Shown in pieces: positions 51,243 through 64,000 of a stretch of DNA of 64,000 bases. Numbering within the stretch: position 1 is the first letter of the stretch; every line of letters begins with the position of its first letter. Position numbers and translations under genes: made by a program. The notes beneath the pieces were generated by a model that saw nothing but the letters and a program-made list of their open reading frames with translations, did not search any database and was not told where the DNA came from. Source of the DNA: Octopus sinensis (lineage: Eukaryota); the NCBI RefSeq assembly GCF_006345805.1, contig NC_043007.1, positions 59,210,001 to 59,274,000 of the forward strand. The letters are read 5' to 3'.

Positions 51243-53280
51243 AGTCCACATCTTTAAAGCTACCACAGTCAATGTAGGTACAACAAAAGGTAGGTCCAGT
51301 AAGATTGTTGAAATAGTAGAGTGAAGACATATAGATGTGTGCTGTGTACAAGAGGTAAGATGGAGGGCAGCATCAGCTAGATTCCTTATGAGTAAGGAAT
51401 AAAAGTACATTATTCTTTTGGGTAGCCAGCAGTGATAGAGTGGATGATATAGTATACTTTTGGCAGAGAAATGGGTAAATAAAGTACTCAAATTAGTCAG
51501 ATTGTATGATAGAAAAGTTAAATTGAGGGTAGTCTTCAATACAGTGACATTTATCTCTGCCGATGTTTCACAATCTGGGCTGGCAGATGGACAGGAAGTT
51601 TGGTTTTACAAGACCTTTTTGCAGCTTACTTTGATGACAAATGACAATTAGCTTATTATCATGGTGGTGACTTCATTGGACATGTTGGGCAGCACTCTGA
51701 TGAATTCCAGGCATATATGGAGGTTAGAGCTTTTTTCTAGAAATGTGGCAGGGACAAGGCTCCTGAGCTTGATGATGTGAATGATTTGATGATCTACAGC
51801 ACTAACTTCAGAAAACCAACCAGCTGTCTGATCAATCTCTCAATCTAGCAATACAAAGTCAGATTGACTACATTCTTGCCAGAAAATGGGATAGAAAAGT
51901 GCTTGTGAATGTAAAGTCTTTCTCTGGTGAAGAATGTATAACCCAACAAAGATTAGTAATTAGTGACTTCAGACTTAGAGCTAAAAGGATTCAAAGACTC
52001 AAACCAGTCTGCAAGCTTAAAGATCCAGCAAACACTCAAAAGTTTAGAGATGGTTTAGTTGAAGCATTTGACAAAAAGGAAGAAGAGATAGGGATCTTTA
52101 GAATAGAGGACAACTGGAAGTTGATATGAGACAACCTACTGAGGGGCATGGGCCAAGTATATGGCTGGTGCAAGGTCCTAGCTAACTGAGCCATGTATGT
52201 TAGTAAAGTGAGCATTGACAATGAGAATTCTCTTAAATGTCCAGGAGGAGGTAGCTAGTTTCTATGCACTACCCTGGATGTAGCAGATATCTGCTGTTAC
52301 ACAGGTAACCTAATTAGTAGTGAAGGGGGATGTTCTGAAAGTATAATTGCTAGAATAAGAATTGAGATGGAGAAAGTTCAAGGAGTTATCACCTCAATTG
52401 GTAACAAAATCTGTCATTCAGTGTGAAAGGCAGATTGTATGGTGTTTGGTGAGAATACCAATGCTACATGACAGTGATGTATGGGCCCTGACTGTAGAAG
52501 AAATGTAAAGACTAGAATGAAATAAAGCTAGTATGCTCTGATTACTGAGAGAAAAATTAGGTATAAGATGAATCAGATATAGTACAAGAGAGAAGACTGC
52601 ACTGGTATGGATGAGGTATGAACGAAGTAGTGAAAGCTGAACTCAAGATGTTGACCACATGGTGGAGATAGCAAAGGACTGAGTTGATATGTGTTTGGTT
52701 TTGCTTGAGAACATTTGTCCATCATGGCAAAAGTGAAGTCCTAAAAGTAGTATGTTAATGTCTATGTAATCAGGAAGTCCTACCTCTACACCTCTCTGTC
52801 TCCATCCCTCCATTACTCTTCAAACAACGGCACTATTTAGATAATGTAATTATATAACAGCAGAATATGCACACATTTCATCCTCTTTGTGCTATTAGTA
52901 ACTTCACCCTCTATCTAGAACTAGTTCCTTTAACATCCATCCCTTCTCATTTTATTTTCCATTGATTACTCCTCTCTGTGCCTCCAGTTATCTCTCCCTC
53001 CCAGCTGAGTTACATCTCTACTGTCATACCTCATCTTTAACATCCTCATGGCCCCGCCACACGTTAACCCCTGACTAAATACCTCTCACCTCCACTTCAG
53101 TCAGTATAAAGCTGACTTCCTCTATAACCTCTCTGCTTAATGGGGATCTTAGTCTTGCAAGCTACCTGGTGACTTCACTAATGTTGGTGTAATGAAAAAA
53201 GCACACTGACTGGAGCCTGTTAAACCATCTATGGAAGACAACTGTTAATGACGACGATGCTGATGCTGATGATGATGATA
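51243..53280 (+). mobile_element. RTE-type LINE relic (APE endonuclease, partial RT/C-terminus, 3' UTR, (GAT)n tail)
   Basis: TVNVGT...IDVCCVQEVRWR and ILLAEKW endonuclease motifs; I.ARIR...KF.EL C-terminal segment near 52350; ends gatgctgatgatgatgat. Heavily decayed. Confidence 0.8.
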
Positions 53281-53294
53281 TATGCATATATACA

Positions 53295-54486
53295 CAGATA
53301 TAACAGAAGTAAATAGACACCCCATAAAACATCGTTTTATGTTTATTCGAACTTGTATAGGTTTATATTTTTTATTAATTGACATTTTTATGTTTCAGGT
53401 TCTATATGTGATTGTTTAATTACGCCACATACAAAAGAAGCCTTGGAAATGTCTGAATTTCAAAGAGGTCGTATTGTGGGTCATTCTGAAGATGGACATA
53501 ATCAGCGTAAAATTGCAGAAAACCTTGGGTTCCTGCTTTCTACAGTTAATAGGGTGATTGTGCAATTCCCCAGAGAGGGGAAGGAGTCCACATCACCTTG
53601 CCTACATCAACCAGGGCCCTCTAACAGGACCCTTCTCTTTGCTAAGAGAATTGTGGAGGATAATCTTTGTTGCAAGGCCTCTGACAAAGCAGAACAGGTT
53701 GATGACAGTCCCAGAACAGCTGTTAGGTATCTCCACAAACTTGGTCACTATGGCAAGAAGCCACTTCTTCGACCAGCCAACATCAAGTGCAGGAAAGATT
53801 GGGCCAGTGAGATGGTGGAGAGGCCAGTAGCATTTTGGGACACTGTCATATTCAATGATGAGTCCAGATTTGCTGTATTTCCTGATAGTGGTCAAGTGTG
53901 GGTCTGGAGAGTCTGTGATCAAGAATTTGATGTGAAAAAAATTGCAGCCAACAATGAAACATGGCAGCTATTCTGTGATGGTCTGGGAAGCAATTTGGAG
54001 CATTGGTTGATCAGAGCTGGTGGAGTGTGAGGTAAACATAAACTCAGATAAATATGTGTCCAGTGGTGAAATGATTAAAGAAGACTTTTTATTTATGGAA
54101 GATGGGACTCCTATCCAACATAACTAAAATGACCCAAGATTTGATGGATGAGGATGGCATTAAAAAGCTTCCATGGTCAAGCCAGTCACCAGATATGAAC
54201 CCTATTAAACACTTCTGGGACATAATGAACTGGATACTTCATAAAAAGAACAAGAAAGCATCTTCAAAGCCAGATCTTTTGAGATTACTGCATGAAACTT
54301 GGCAAGAAATTCCACAAGAGATGATTTGTCATCTGATCAGTAACATGCCTAATAGGGTCCTAGCATTGAAAAATGCAAAGGGCTACTAAATATTAAATAT
54401 TCACATTATAACAATTAATAAATAATTTGAATGTATAATTTCAGATTTAAAGGAATTTAAATGAGGGTGTCTATTTACTTCTGCCA

Positions 54487-54492
<6 letters not shown>
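53295..54492 (+). mobile_element. Tc1-family DNA transposon relic
   Basis: 28-bp TIRs (cagatataacagaagtaaatagacaccc / gggtgtctatttacttctgccatgtctg); transposase fragments 53443-54030 (FNDESRF, VWVWR) and 54102-54389 (PWSSQSPDMNPIKHFW). Confidence 0.92.
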
Positions 54493-54517
<25 letters not shown>

Positions 54518-54603
54518 ATACATAAAATATACATACATGAATATACATATATGAATACATACATACACACATCTATATACATGCATAAATACATATATAT
54601 ACA

Positions 54604-54715
54604 CACGAGGAAGTGCTGAAAAGTTCCTGGCTTTAAGGGTGTCGTGAAAGACCTGGTTGGAGGCCCAACCTTCTGAGTACTTTTACAGGGCTTAGAAAAA
54701 CTGAAGGGAAAGAAT
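54604..54715 (+). mobile_element. Mariner-like TIR fragment
   Basis: cgaggaagtgctgaaaagttcctggc resembles mariner TIR starts; no partner TIR found. Confidence 0.35.
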
Positions 54716-55897
54716 TAGTGTCAGGGGTTAGTGAGAAAGGGAAGGACAGAGTAGTAAAGGTGATAATGTGGGATGCTGTGTTTGAGGATCCAGTTCCATC
54801 TATATTATAATGACAAGTATAGGCAAGTGTGAAACGTTTTTTGTCAATTTTTCAATGTTAGCAAGGGTTAGGTGAATTTATTATTGAAACATTGTTTTAG
54901 AGCCAGTTGGCCTTCCTATCATCAACTTTTACTCGTAATTCATGGAAGGAGTCTTTTATTCAACATGACTTCCAAGGAACAGAGTTAATTGGTGACTTGT
55001 TGACGTAGGAAATGACGCTGAGGTCTGTTGTTCGGCAAGGAAAATTTGGACAAGCACAAATATAAACAAACACAAAGGCATCACCTTGGGCGTCTTCTTC
55101 TATAGCCTCGAGCCGACCAAAGCCTTGTGAGTGGATTTGGTAGATGGAAACCGAAAGAAGCCTGTCGTATATATATATGTGTGTGTGTGTGTGTGTGATC
55201 ACCGCTTGACAAACGGTGTTGGTGTGTTTACGTCCCCGTAACTTAGCGGTTCGGCAAAAGACATCGATAGAATGAGTACAAGGCTTAATATAAAAAAAGG
55301 TCCTGATTTGTTCGACTAAAAACTCTTCAAGGTGGTGCTTCAGCATGATCGCAGTCAAGTGACTGAAACAAGTAAAAGAATAAACGAACACATACACATA
55401 TATATATATATACGTGACGGTGAAAGAAGCCCAGTGTGTGTGAGGACACACACACACACAATGGGTTTCTATCACTTTCTAACTACGAAATCCACTCACA
55501 AAGTTTTGGTAAGGGCCTGTGGCTGTGGTAGAAGAAACTTGTACAAGGTGCTACATAGTGGGATTGAACCTCAAATCACATGGTTGGGAATTGAACTTCT
55601 TAACCACACAGCCAAACCTGCGATACACACACACGCACAGACAGACACAAACACACACTTACCAAGTGTGACTTATCATAGTTAGCTGTCCTAGAATTTC
55701 CGATAGAATGTGTACTCCTCCTTGATTGCCGTCACTTGTTGGAGAAGCGTATTTGACCCTAACAGGATTTGAACTCAGGACGGAAAGGGACATAACCGAA
55801 CACGACTCAAAAGATTTTCTCTATTTTGTGTTTACCATCCGTCAGCTATGTAAAATAAATAGTATATATAAATATACATAATATAAAATAATATAAT

Positions 55898-55965
<68 letters not shown>

Positions 55966-56415
55966 GTGTGTGTGTGTGTTAATATTATGGAATGTAATAT
56001 AAAGATTTATGAAGAAAAATTAGGTACATAAGGAGTTGTTAATTTTCATATGCAAATAGTAAATTTCTTTTACGAACGCAGAATAATTTAGTATTTGTTT
56101 GAAGCACCTGTTAAATAAATAAATATTTGAATTTTATCTGTATATTACTTTTAAAAGATAACTCAAGAAATTTTTTGACTGAATGTGAAAACTGCATAAT
56201 TATTGTCTAATCAACGCTTAGAAAACTGAGAAAAATATTCATTCGCAGTATTTTATTCTTTTTAATAAATTGATTGAAATTCCAAAGAAAGAAAAAATTG
56301 ATAGCGAGTATGGGGGAATAATTGAAAAGAAAATAATATTTGTTACTGGTTCAGTAGACAGATCGTAATTCACCTTCTGAAAGCCTGTTCTAATTTTTGA
56401 AGTCGGCGGGAAGCC

Positions 56416-56779
56416 ATGTTAGGTCGTGTGTAAACCCCGTAGACAGTAAATTCGACCATTCAACATGGCGGCCTTGTAGAATGATCTGTTATTCTGTGTA
56501 GCCACACTCTTTTGTCATTTTACACACTGTCACGCTCAAGAGGTACCTGACACTGCATTTGTTTCCAAATGATTTAACCACATTGGACAATATTATTTAC
56601 TTCTTTCATGTGGTGAATTGATTATCAACGCGGATTTCCGATTTTTTTCAGGCTCCATGTGTGGCGGTGTTTTGAAGAATAGTGGCTACAGCCTTTTGGA
56701 GAGAAGGAGATACGCTTGCATGTGCACTGTCGCCAGTTGAGGTTTTACCTGTCGGTATAAATCTCTGCCAACATCTGGA
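56416..56779 (+). promoter_or_regulatory. Probable promoter/5' leader of PPP4R3 with YY1-like motif and upstream ORFs
   Basis: CpG-retaining stretch upstream of the CDS; CAACATGGCGGC at 56461-56472 resembles the YY1 consensus; short uORFs at 56416, 56465 and 56657. Confidence 0.5.
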
Positions 56780-56785
56780 ATGAAA

Positions 56786-56933
56786 ATGGCTGATACTGGG
56801 ACTAGACGACGCGTTAAGCTTTATATGCTAAACGAAGATCGCCAGTGGGACGATCGAGGAACAGGGCATGTGTCGTCAGGCTACGTTGAAAGGTTGAAAG
56901 GAATGTCTCTTTTAGTTAGATCTGAGACTGATG
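56786..56933 (+). CDS. PPP4R3: Serine/threonine phosphatase 4 regulatory subunit 3 (SMEK/Psy2) exon 1 ([50 protein letters not shown])
   Basis: Near-identical to the SMEK EVH1/PH-like N-terminus; gatg|gtgagt donor. An in-frame ATG at 56780 would add MK. Confidence 0.97.
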
Positions 56934-58181
56934 GTGAGTTGTGGTTTTTTGTTTCGGATATCTTTTACAGAATTCATTAAAAAAATATGTATATTTTGGC
57001 ATGGTTTATCTCCTCGAACATGCAGTAGGTCGGTGAGAAACTAAAAGCTACACCGATACATAAACTCTTAATGGAGGGCTTTCATTGTACTTAGTTATTT
57101 AAATGTTCATTTTTCGAAAAAGAAATTCATTCATTAGTTACAGTTTTTGTTTTCATGATGAATTTTAAACTATCGGCACTAAATCTGTTTGAAATTTTAT
57201 CCCCCCCTCATGATTATTTTGATGTCTTGATATCTTAAATTAATGCAGTTGATCGGTTGATATTCATTTTTTTTAATGAAATACTGACTGGATATTTGTT
57301 GATATGTTTCTTCCTGTCTGTAAAACTATATACATATTTTCTTTTCTTATTTTCTTGTTTCATAATTATACAGTTTTACCCGAATATCTAACATACATAG
57401 AACCGTTAATAGTTGGGTTATAATTTTGTCCCCTTTACCATACCATCATTATTATTCAATTTCTTTTTAAAACTCTAAATTTTACAATTTGTTTGTTTTA
57501 TTTGTCCCAGAGTTTTGTTTTTAGTCCTCTAAATTCTAACATATGTAGTGAAATTTCAAGGTACCATTGTTTACCACAAACCAGCTCCCATCTTCTGTCA
57601 CCACTGTGTAGTCAGCTCCTCTGCCTTCTCCCCCCGTTACTAAAGTTACTATTTCCATTGCTGAGCGCCACTTATTGTTGTTGTTATTATTGACCGAATG
57701 CTTAGAGTGTCGTTGCTGAAGGCATTGCACCGTTTCACCATTTCATTTTATTGGCTACATCAGATAAATATAACTAAATCATATTATCGGAATAAATTTC
57801 TTTTTACTTCTAAAATCTCTTTAGATTAATTCGGCATCTCACAAATCATGGATGCGAGCTCTACAGAAGAATCCTATATTTTCATCTCTGTCTATAAATC
57901 ACCGATTCCTTCATCTCCCTCACATAGCGAGCTTGATTCATTTTACTGTCCTTTGTTCGAAAGGAATATTCTGTTTATTCACCCCCTCTCTCTTCGTTTC
58001 TCAATAAATAACTTTTAAAGAAAACTCTTCATTTTTACCCCTTTATGTTTAGATTTTTGCTTCAGTTTATATCGATTTGTAATTACAGTTTTTCATCGGT
58101 TAGATCACCAATTGAGATTAAATTGGTGTCCTGTAGAAAAGTCTAATTATACTATAGTTGTTAGTATGCTGTTTGTGTGTG

Positions 58182-58284
<103 letters not shown>

Positions 58285-59246
58285 TTATTTATTCACACAT
58301 GCATATGTACTTGGCGATATAGTTGGTAATATCTTGACTTTATCCACTGTTAAAAACAAATAAACAAACAAAAAAATTCAACCTTACCGATCGTTTTTGT
58401 ATATCTGCTGTAAGCAACCACTCAATAGAGGATATTTTAAATTTGTTATATCATCTCATGAAAGTTTTGGATAATTTATATTTGTCAGTGAAGAGTAAAG
58501 CCAAATATGATCCTACTTCATTCAGAATTGAAGTTGACGTCATATCCAGTTAAAGCTAACAAAAACAACACCTAGCACTTTTAAGCTACATTTTCTAGCC
58601 TTGTTTCCCCCCCACCTTTTTTTAAACTTATTAAATGTCAGATTGAATTAAAAGTACCATTTATGAATGAAATAAATGTATTAAAGGAAATGAATTTTAA
58701 AAATCCTATTTTGTATTCGTTTGTATTTCGACAGCTGGCCAAGTTAGTTGCTATTTGTGTTTTAAGAACCTTTTGCCTCGGCTACATAAGGCCTTAATTT
58801 TTTCAGTTAATAAATACTTTCACCGCTGAAATTGTAGTGTTACTTAGTCTTAATTATTTATATTTAGTCGTGTCTAAATCTTTTTTCTCCGTCAATAATA
58901 CATTGCAAGAGCTGATGTTTTGAAATATTTGACGAAAAGGGCTGGGTTTTTTTTTTTCATTTAAATCGTAATCAGTTTCTCCTATCTAGTCCAATATAAG
59001 ATAACGCATGCTCTTCTCAATAGTTTTAATAATTTCTTAAATGTGAAATCAGTTCGTTTTGCGATAAGGCTTTCACAAATATATGATAAAATAACTTGTT
59101 TGCTACCAGTAGTTTTATTTAGATATGTTTAAATTTTGACAACTGAAACGTTTTAGAACAGTCTCATTCTCTCTTTAGAGCTCACCGTTTATTTCTTTTA
59201 ACAATCAGCTTTTATAATAATTAACTTCACTCTTATTTTTCATTAG

Positions 59247-59302
59247 GTTCATTACTGCTGGAGTCTAAAATACAACCTGATACAGCCTATCAGAAACAAC
59301 AG
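59247..59302 (+). CDS. PPP4R3: PPP4R3 exon 2 (GSLLLESKIQPDTAYQKQQ)
   Basis: cattag| acceptor, cag|gtatgt donor, 56 nt phase 1-0; matches GSLLLESKI.P.TAYQKQQ. Confidence 0.97.
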
Positions 59303-60484
59303 GTATGTTTTTTTTTAAATCTAAACTTTTAATTCTTTCAATATATTTAGCAATTTTGTATATGTTAATTCATTATGTATGTAATCAAAGTTAACACTGA
59401 ACATGTAAATATTTTTCTTGAAAAAGAAAATCAAGTTGATCTTGAATTTTTATTGCAATTCCAATATCCACTTTTTATGTATAGAATAATTATGAATTTA
59501 TATTTATGGTTTTCAAACTTATTTCAGTGAAGGCTGCTGTATTGGATTGGAGTCTGACCTGGATTTATTTGTGGTCTAAAGTATTCAGTGCTTGGTCAGT
59601 AAGGATAGTGTAGACTTAAATGTTATTGTAATTGTCATATTCCTATCCACTGGGACAGTACTATATTTATTTGATAAACTTTGAAACGAGTGAGTTCCAA
59701 AATAATTTTGTAGAGTTCATTTGTGCTAAGAAAATGCATATGTAAAGATATTGGAGTAGAAGATATTTACATTTACTGATATGAAGACCTGTGTTCAGAT
59801 ACCTGTTCTTACATCTTGGTTACTCTGCATGTTGAGAACCCTCTACTTAGAACTCATGCCTCTTTTCACTTGGTATATATTATCAAATTGCATTCCTCTC
59901 TGTGCCAGCAAGCTTAACTACCTGTCTTGCACACAATGAGAGAACCTCAGCATTGTAATTTGACCTGTTAAAAAATACCAACCAAAATCTTCAAGTCATA
60001 TCTCACTGTCTTAGAAGAGGACCAAGACACATGATAACATGGTCTTGAAAGGGCGTGTCATGACTGGAATGCCTTTGATATACACTACTTGATTGGAACT
60101 GACGTATGGTGAAACAACATTGCCTGATACTTTTGATGGCATATTGTTTTATCAGTCTGTTATTTTGAACATTGTTAAAAACAATAGATAAGTTTAATAA
60201 TTCAATCTTCATAATGTTATCTATTTTTGCATGGCCCCAGTAGAAGAGTAGCGAAGTATCAAGGTTCTTTGGTACTCATAAGTATTTTTGAAAATCTTTT
60301 TGAGAACATGAAGCTTTCATAGATATTAAATTTTCTGAGAAAGCACAGTTTCTTTAATATGAAATAGTTTTATGAAAATGCATTTGGTTTTTTTAATTTG
60401 TGCTGAAATTTAAATATGTACAAGAACATCTTATTGATATGCTTAACACTAATTATAAATGACATTTAAATGTGATCATTTTAA

Positions 60485-60625
<141 letters not shown>

Positions 60626-61253
60626 TAAATAGTCTTCAAATCAATTGTTTAACTTTAATGAAAAGAAAGTCGCATTTTTCAATATCACTTTTAGAGTGCA
60701 CAATAACAGTGAAGATAGTGGAGACCGTAGACTAGAAAATATTCTATGGTATTCTCTACTTACTCTCTGATGTAAATTCTTCGTAGTGTTGGCCCTTCTA
60801 TTTATCTTTTGTTTCATAAAAGAAATAGTAGCTGTTTAGATTTCATGTTTGTCTTCTGTAATAATTATATGTATGCACTAATCTTGGCATCGATATGATG
60901 ATGCAAATAAAGGAGTAAATAAAGCGTGTGTTTGTTACAGGAGGGTAAATTGATTGAGGACAGAAATGCACCAAGCAAAACATGGTGTATTGAGCATTAG
61001 AGGGATCATGACTGACTAGTTGTTGGTTAACAGTCCACTTCATACAAGTGGATTGCAGTCTCATTTAAGAATGACTTTTCTCCAGCATGGTAACAGTTAA
61101 CTTGCTGGAACTGAGGTTATTAGGTTGGGCTACAAGTAGCAGTTTATGCTATTTGCAAGAACTGCACACTACTATTTTCTGAAACATATGGGCTACTTTG
61201 GGCTTGATCAGCTAAGTAAGTTAGAATCTTTAATTAATGTGCATGCATACATA

Positions 61254-61311
<58 letters not shown>

Positions 61312-61320
61312 AACAGTTTA

Positions 61321-61419
61321 ACTCAGCCCCATAAAAGTTTGCAGATATAGGACATGTCCACCTTGAACAAGTGATGAGGTGGATATGTCCTACACCCACA
61401 AAACTTTGTGGAGATGAGT
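61321..61419 (+). ncRNA. Pre-miRNA-like or MITE-derived hairpin in PPP4R3 intron 3
   Basis: 16-bp inner stem (61348-61363 / 61377-61392, one G-U), 13-nt loop, extended imperfect outer stem. Confidence 0.3.
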
Positions 61420-62309
61420 GAAGCTGTTGTTAAATACATGTAACTCAACAAAATGTGTTGATTGCTACTTTAATTTGTTTGCTCACTTGTGTGTGTACAC
61501 ATACCTTTAGTTCTGTGGCTTCCAAGTTACACAAACTACTGGAACAGAAATTCAGCTTTAGAGACAAGAAATCAATACCCAAGAATCTACATCGTGTAAA
61601 TATATGTGAAAATACTTACATATAATTAACTGACCTGTCTGGGCAAGTGAAAGTGATAATGAAAACTGGTAAAAACCATATTTACAACATACACAGACAA
61701 TCATTACACCCTATCGCTAAGTTTCATCTATATTCATTCAATAGTTTTATTTTTATTCATGTATACTGAACTAATTGCATTTCCTCAAAATCTTATAGTA
61801 ATAAGTGAAATGTTAAAACATTTCACTTAATTTTTTATTTTACTCTTAGTTGAAAAATCTACAAGTCGGAAACCAGTATTAAAATGTAATCCATGATAAA
61901 ATTATAGCATTTTCTACCTTGTCTCATTTTCCTTATACATATCGAATTGTGTGTTACCTTTTACCTTTTATATTTATATGTGCCAAAAATATTGAGTAAA
62001 ATTTAAAATGTGTCAGAATTCGTATATATAAATATATTCATTGATATATTATGTAATTAAAGCAAGTGAAGAATAATTTATTCTATATGTTTATGAATAT
62101 GAAAAATAAAATTATAGTCATAAGTTTTCACGAAATTTTTTTTGTATTATAGTTCAACAGAAATTACATCAATATGTGTAACATTTTCTATATAGAAAAC
62201 TGTTTTAACATACACCTTTCTGAATTTTGCAGCTACAAAGAATTTTTTTTGTAGTATAGGGAAAAAGTCATATTTAACTCAGCTGGATTCAGATTTCAAA
62301 GTTTTATGT

Positions 62310-62340
<31 letters not shown>

Positions 62341-62399
62341 GGAGTGGTTGGCGTTAGGAAGGGCATCCAGCCGTAGAAACATTGTCAGATCAAACTGGG

Positions 62400-62499
62400 N
62401 NNNNNNNNNNNNNNNNNNNNNNNNNNNNNNNNNNNNNNNNNNNNNNNNNNNNNNNNNNNNNNNNNNNNNNNNNNNNNNNNNNNNNNNNNNNNNNNNNNN
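62400..62499. other. Assembly gap (100 N)
   Basis: Run of exactly 100 N, interrupting a (GAT)n-family repeat. Confidence 1.
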
Positions 62500-62947
62500 A
62501 CGTCAGCAACTCTTAACTTGCAACTCCTACTATATCAGTCCGAATTCAAAATGTCTCTCTCTGCCCCCTTACTGCCATCTTCCTTACTTCCTCTCGCTTG
62601 TCATTTCTCACATTCACTGTCTGTCTCTCTCATCATTGTCGTTGCCTATCGCCCTCTCCACCATCTCCCTTGTCCGCTCTGCTCACACTTCTAGCTGGCT
62701 GTCTCGCCAACTGACTCTTTTCCGGCCCTTTGCTGTCTGATCTAACACCAGCTCGTCGCATTTTAAAGGGGTGGCATATTTATTTTTTTTTCAACTTTCC
62801 CTGACCTTGTAAGGGTCAGAGGTACTTCTATACCCTCAATATTTACTGTTGCTGTTGACAAGACAAAGGACCATTATTTTTTTCCTCACCGGTCTGACTC
62901 CAACCAACGGAACTAGGTCATAGCATTTTCTCGTTTATTCACCTCTG

Positions 62948-62952
62948 TAACA

Positions 62953-62985
<33 letters not shown>

Positions 62986-63188
62986 TATATATATACACAC
63001 ATATATATAAATATATATATATATACACACACATATATATATACACATATATATACATACATATATACATATATATACACATATATATATACATATATAT
63101 ACACATATATATATACATATATATACATATATATATACACATATATATATACACATATATATATATATATACACATATATATATATAT
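62948..63188. repeat. Compound (TA)n/(CA)n microsatellite (other large ones at ~36270-36420, 45355-45416, 55903-55980, 58170-58290, 61255-61310)
   Basis: Directly visible. Confidence 0.97.
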
Positions 63189-63372
63189 GGAGGCGCAATG
63201 GCCTAGTGGAGGCGCAATGGCCTAGTGGTTAGGGCAGCGGACTTGCTGTCGGAGGATCGCGGTTTCGATTCCCAGACCGGGCGTTGTGTGTGTTTTATTG
63301 AGCGAAAACACTAAAGCTCCACGAGGCTCCGGCAGGAGGTGGTGATCCCTGCTGTACTCTTTCACCACTCTA
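63189..63372 (+). mobile_element. tRNA-derived SINE (family D) with duplicated head; related minus copy at ~34215-34454
   Basis: A box tggcctagtgg and B box ggtttcgattcc; the 19-nt head ggaggcgcaatggcctagt occurs twice. Confidence 0.75.
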
Positions 63373-63435
63373 AAAGGCGGTGCTCCAGCATGGCCGCAGT
63401 CAAATGACTGAAACAAGTACAGAAAAAAAAATATA

Positions 63436-64000
63436 CTAGCAGAATTGCCCGGCGTTGCTCGGGGCTGAATTGCTTGAAAGTACTGTTAATGATTGCACTG
63501 AATTATGATGATTATTCAGGCAAATATTGATATAAGCTTACGGTGGGAGATAAGGACTTAACGATCAAACGTGTGCCATTGCATTGTTTTGGGGGAACCA
63601 AATTTCTGATGAGCATTATAGGGGCACCAACTTTAAGTTTGAGAAAGTGTGGTGGTAGTCCGGGGTGCTCAAAGGAATTGAGTACCTCTATTGGATAGTT
63701 GATGACGTCCTCTGGGTCAGGAGTTGTATCGATAGACTGATATACATAGATTTTCCAGGAATGAGTTTTAGCATTTCATCATTAATATGGTGAACAGTTT
63801 TATTCCTCGGGGCCAGTATAGCCTTTTGCCAATCCAATCCATATTCTGATAATTAGCTTGTAGATCTGGGAACACTGCATCTCTGAGATCAGAAGGCGTC
63901 TTAACAATGGTACAAATGGAATCGATGGCAATATTACCATTTTCATCCCCTGGTATTTTGCCTTCGCCAAGTGCAAGGAGGGTGTGAGGAAATGCTGCTG
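63436..64000 (-). mobile_element. Helitron 3' end with a PIF1-like (RepHel) helicase fragment, in PPP4R3 intron 3
   Basis: Terminal CTAG at 63436 with the gcccggcgttgctcgggg hairpin; minus strand encodes YQSIDT...[46 protein letters not shown], frameshifted. Confidence 0.9.

Noticed and set aside
54960-55475. 171-aa minus-strand ORF
   Set aside because: A composite of SINE family B/C fragments and (CA)n; no coherent protein.
60941-61089. Possible poison cassette exon in PPP4R3 intron 3 (ttacag|GAG... stop at 60998)
   Set aside because: Such AG/GT pairs are frequent by chance in AT-rich introns; no support without RNA data.
63189-63290. tRNA-like A/B boxes here and at other SINE heads
   Set aside because: No complete cloverleaf or acceptor stem; they continue into SINE bodies, so they are not tRNA genes.

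Overview
AT-rich, microsatellite- and transposon-dense eukaryotic genomic DNA. The SINE families and (TA)n/(CA)n load resemble an Octopus (coleoid cephalopod) genome; this assignment is inferred from recalled repeat families, not verified. Two spliced + strand genes were reconstructed by hand from GT-AG sites and frame continuity. (1) A lamin B receptor / delta14-sterol reductase (ERG4/ERG24 family) gene with 10 coding exons at 2033-20807 (516 aa if ATG 2033 is the start). It has an RS-rich N-terminus, no visible Tudor domain, and several substitutions in conserved reductase motifs. (2) The first three coding exons of PPP4R3/SMEK (56780/56786-60589), which continues beyond the window. Between them lie a CpG-poor 21-36 kb stretch with splice signals and promoter-like motifs suggesting an unannotated minus-strand transcript, and a CpG-rich nest of five stacked transposon insertions (LINE > Gypsy > Merlin-like MITE > related TIR element > Helitron). 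There are also two Tc1 relics, a DD37D mariner relic, an RTE LINE, several Helitrons and MITEs, many SINEs, a 505-bp intronic tandem duplication, a pre-miRNA-like hairpin in a SMEK intron and a 100-N gap. No rRNA, true tRNA gene or CRISPR array was found. All alignments were made by eye against remembered family motifs; repeat boundaries are approximate unless TIRs/TSDs are quoted.
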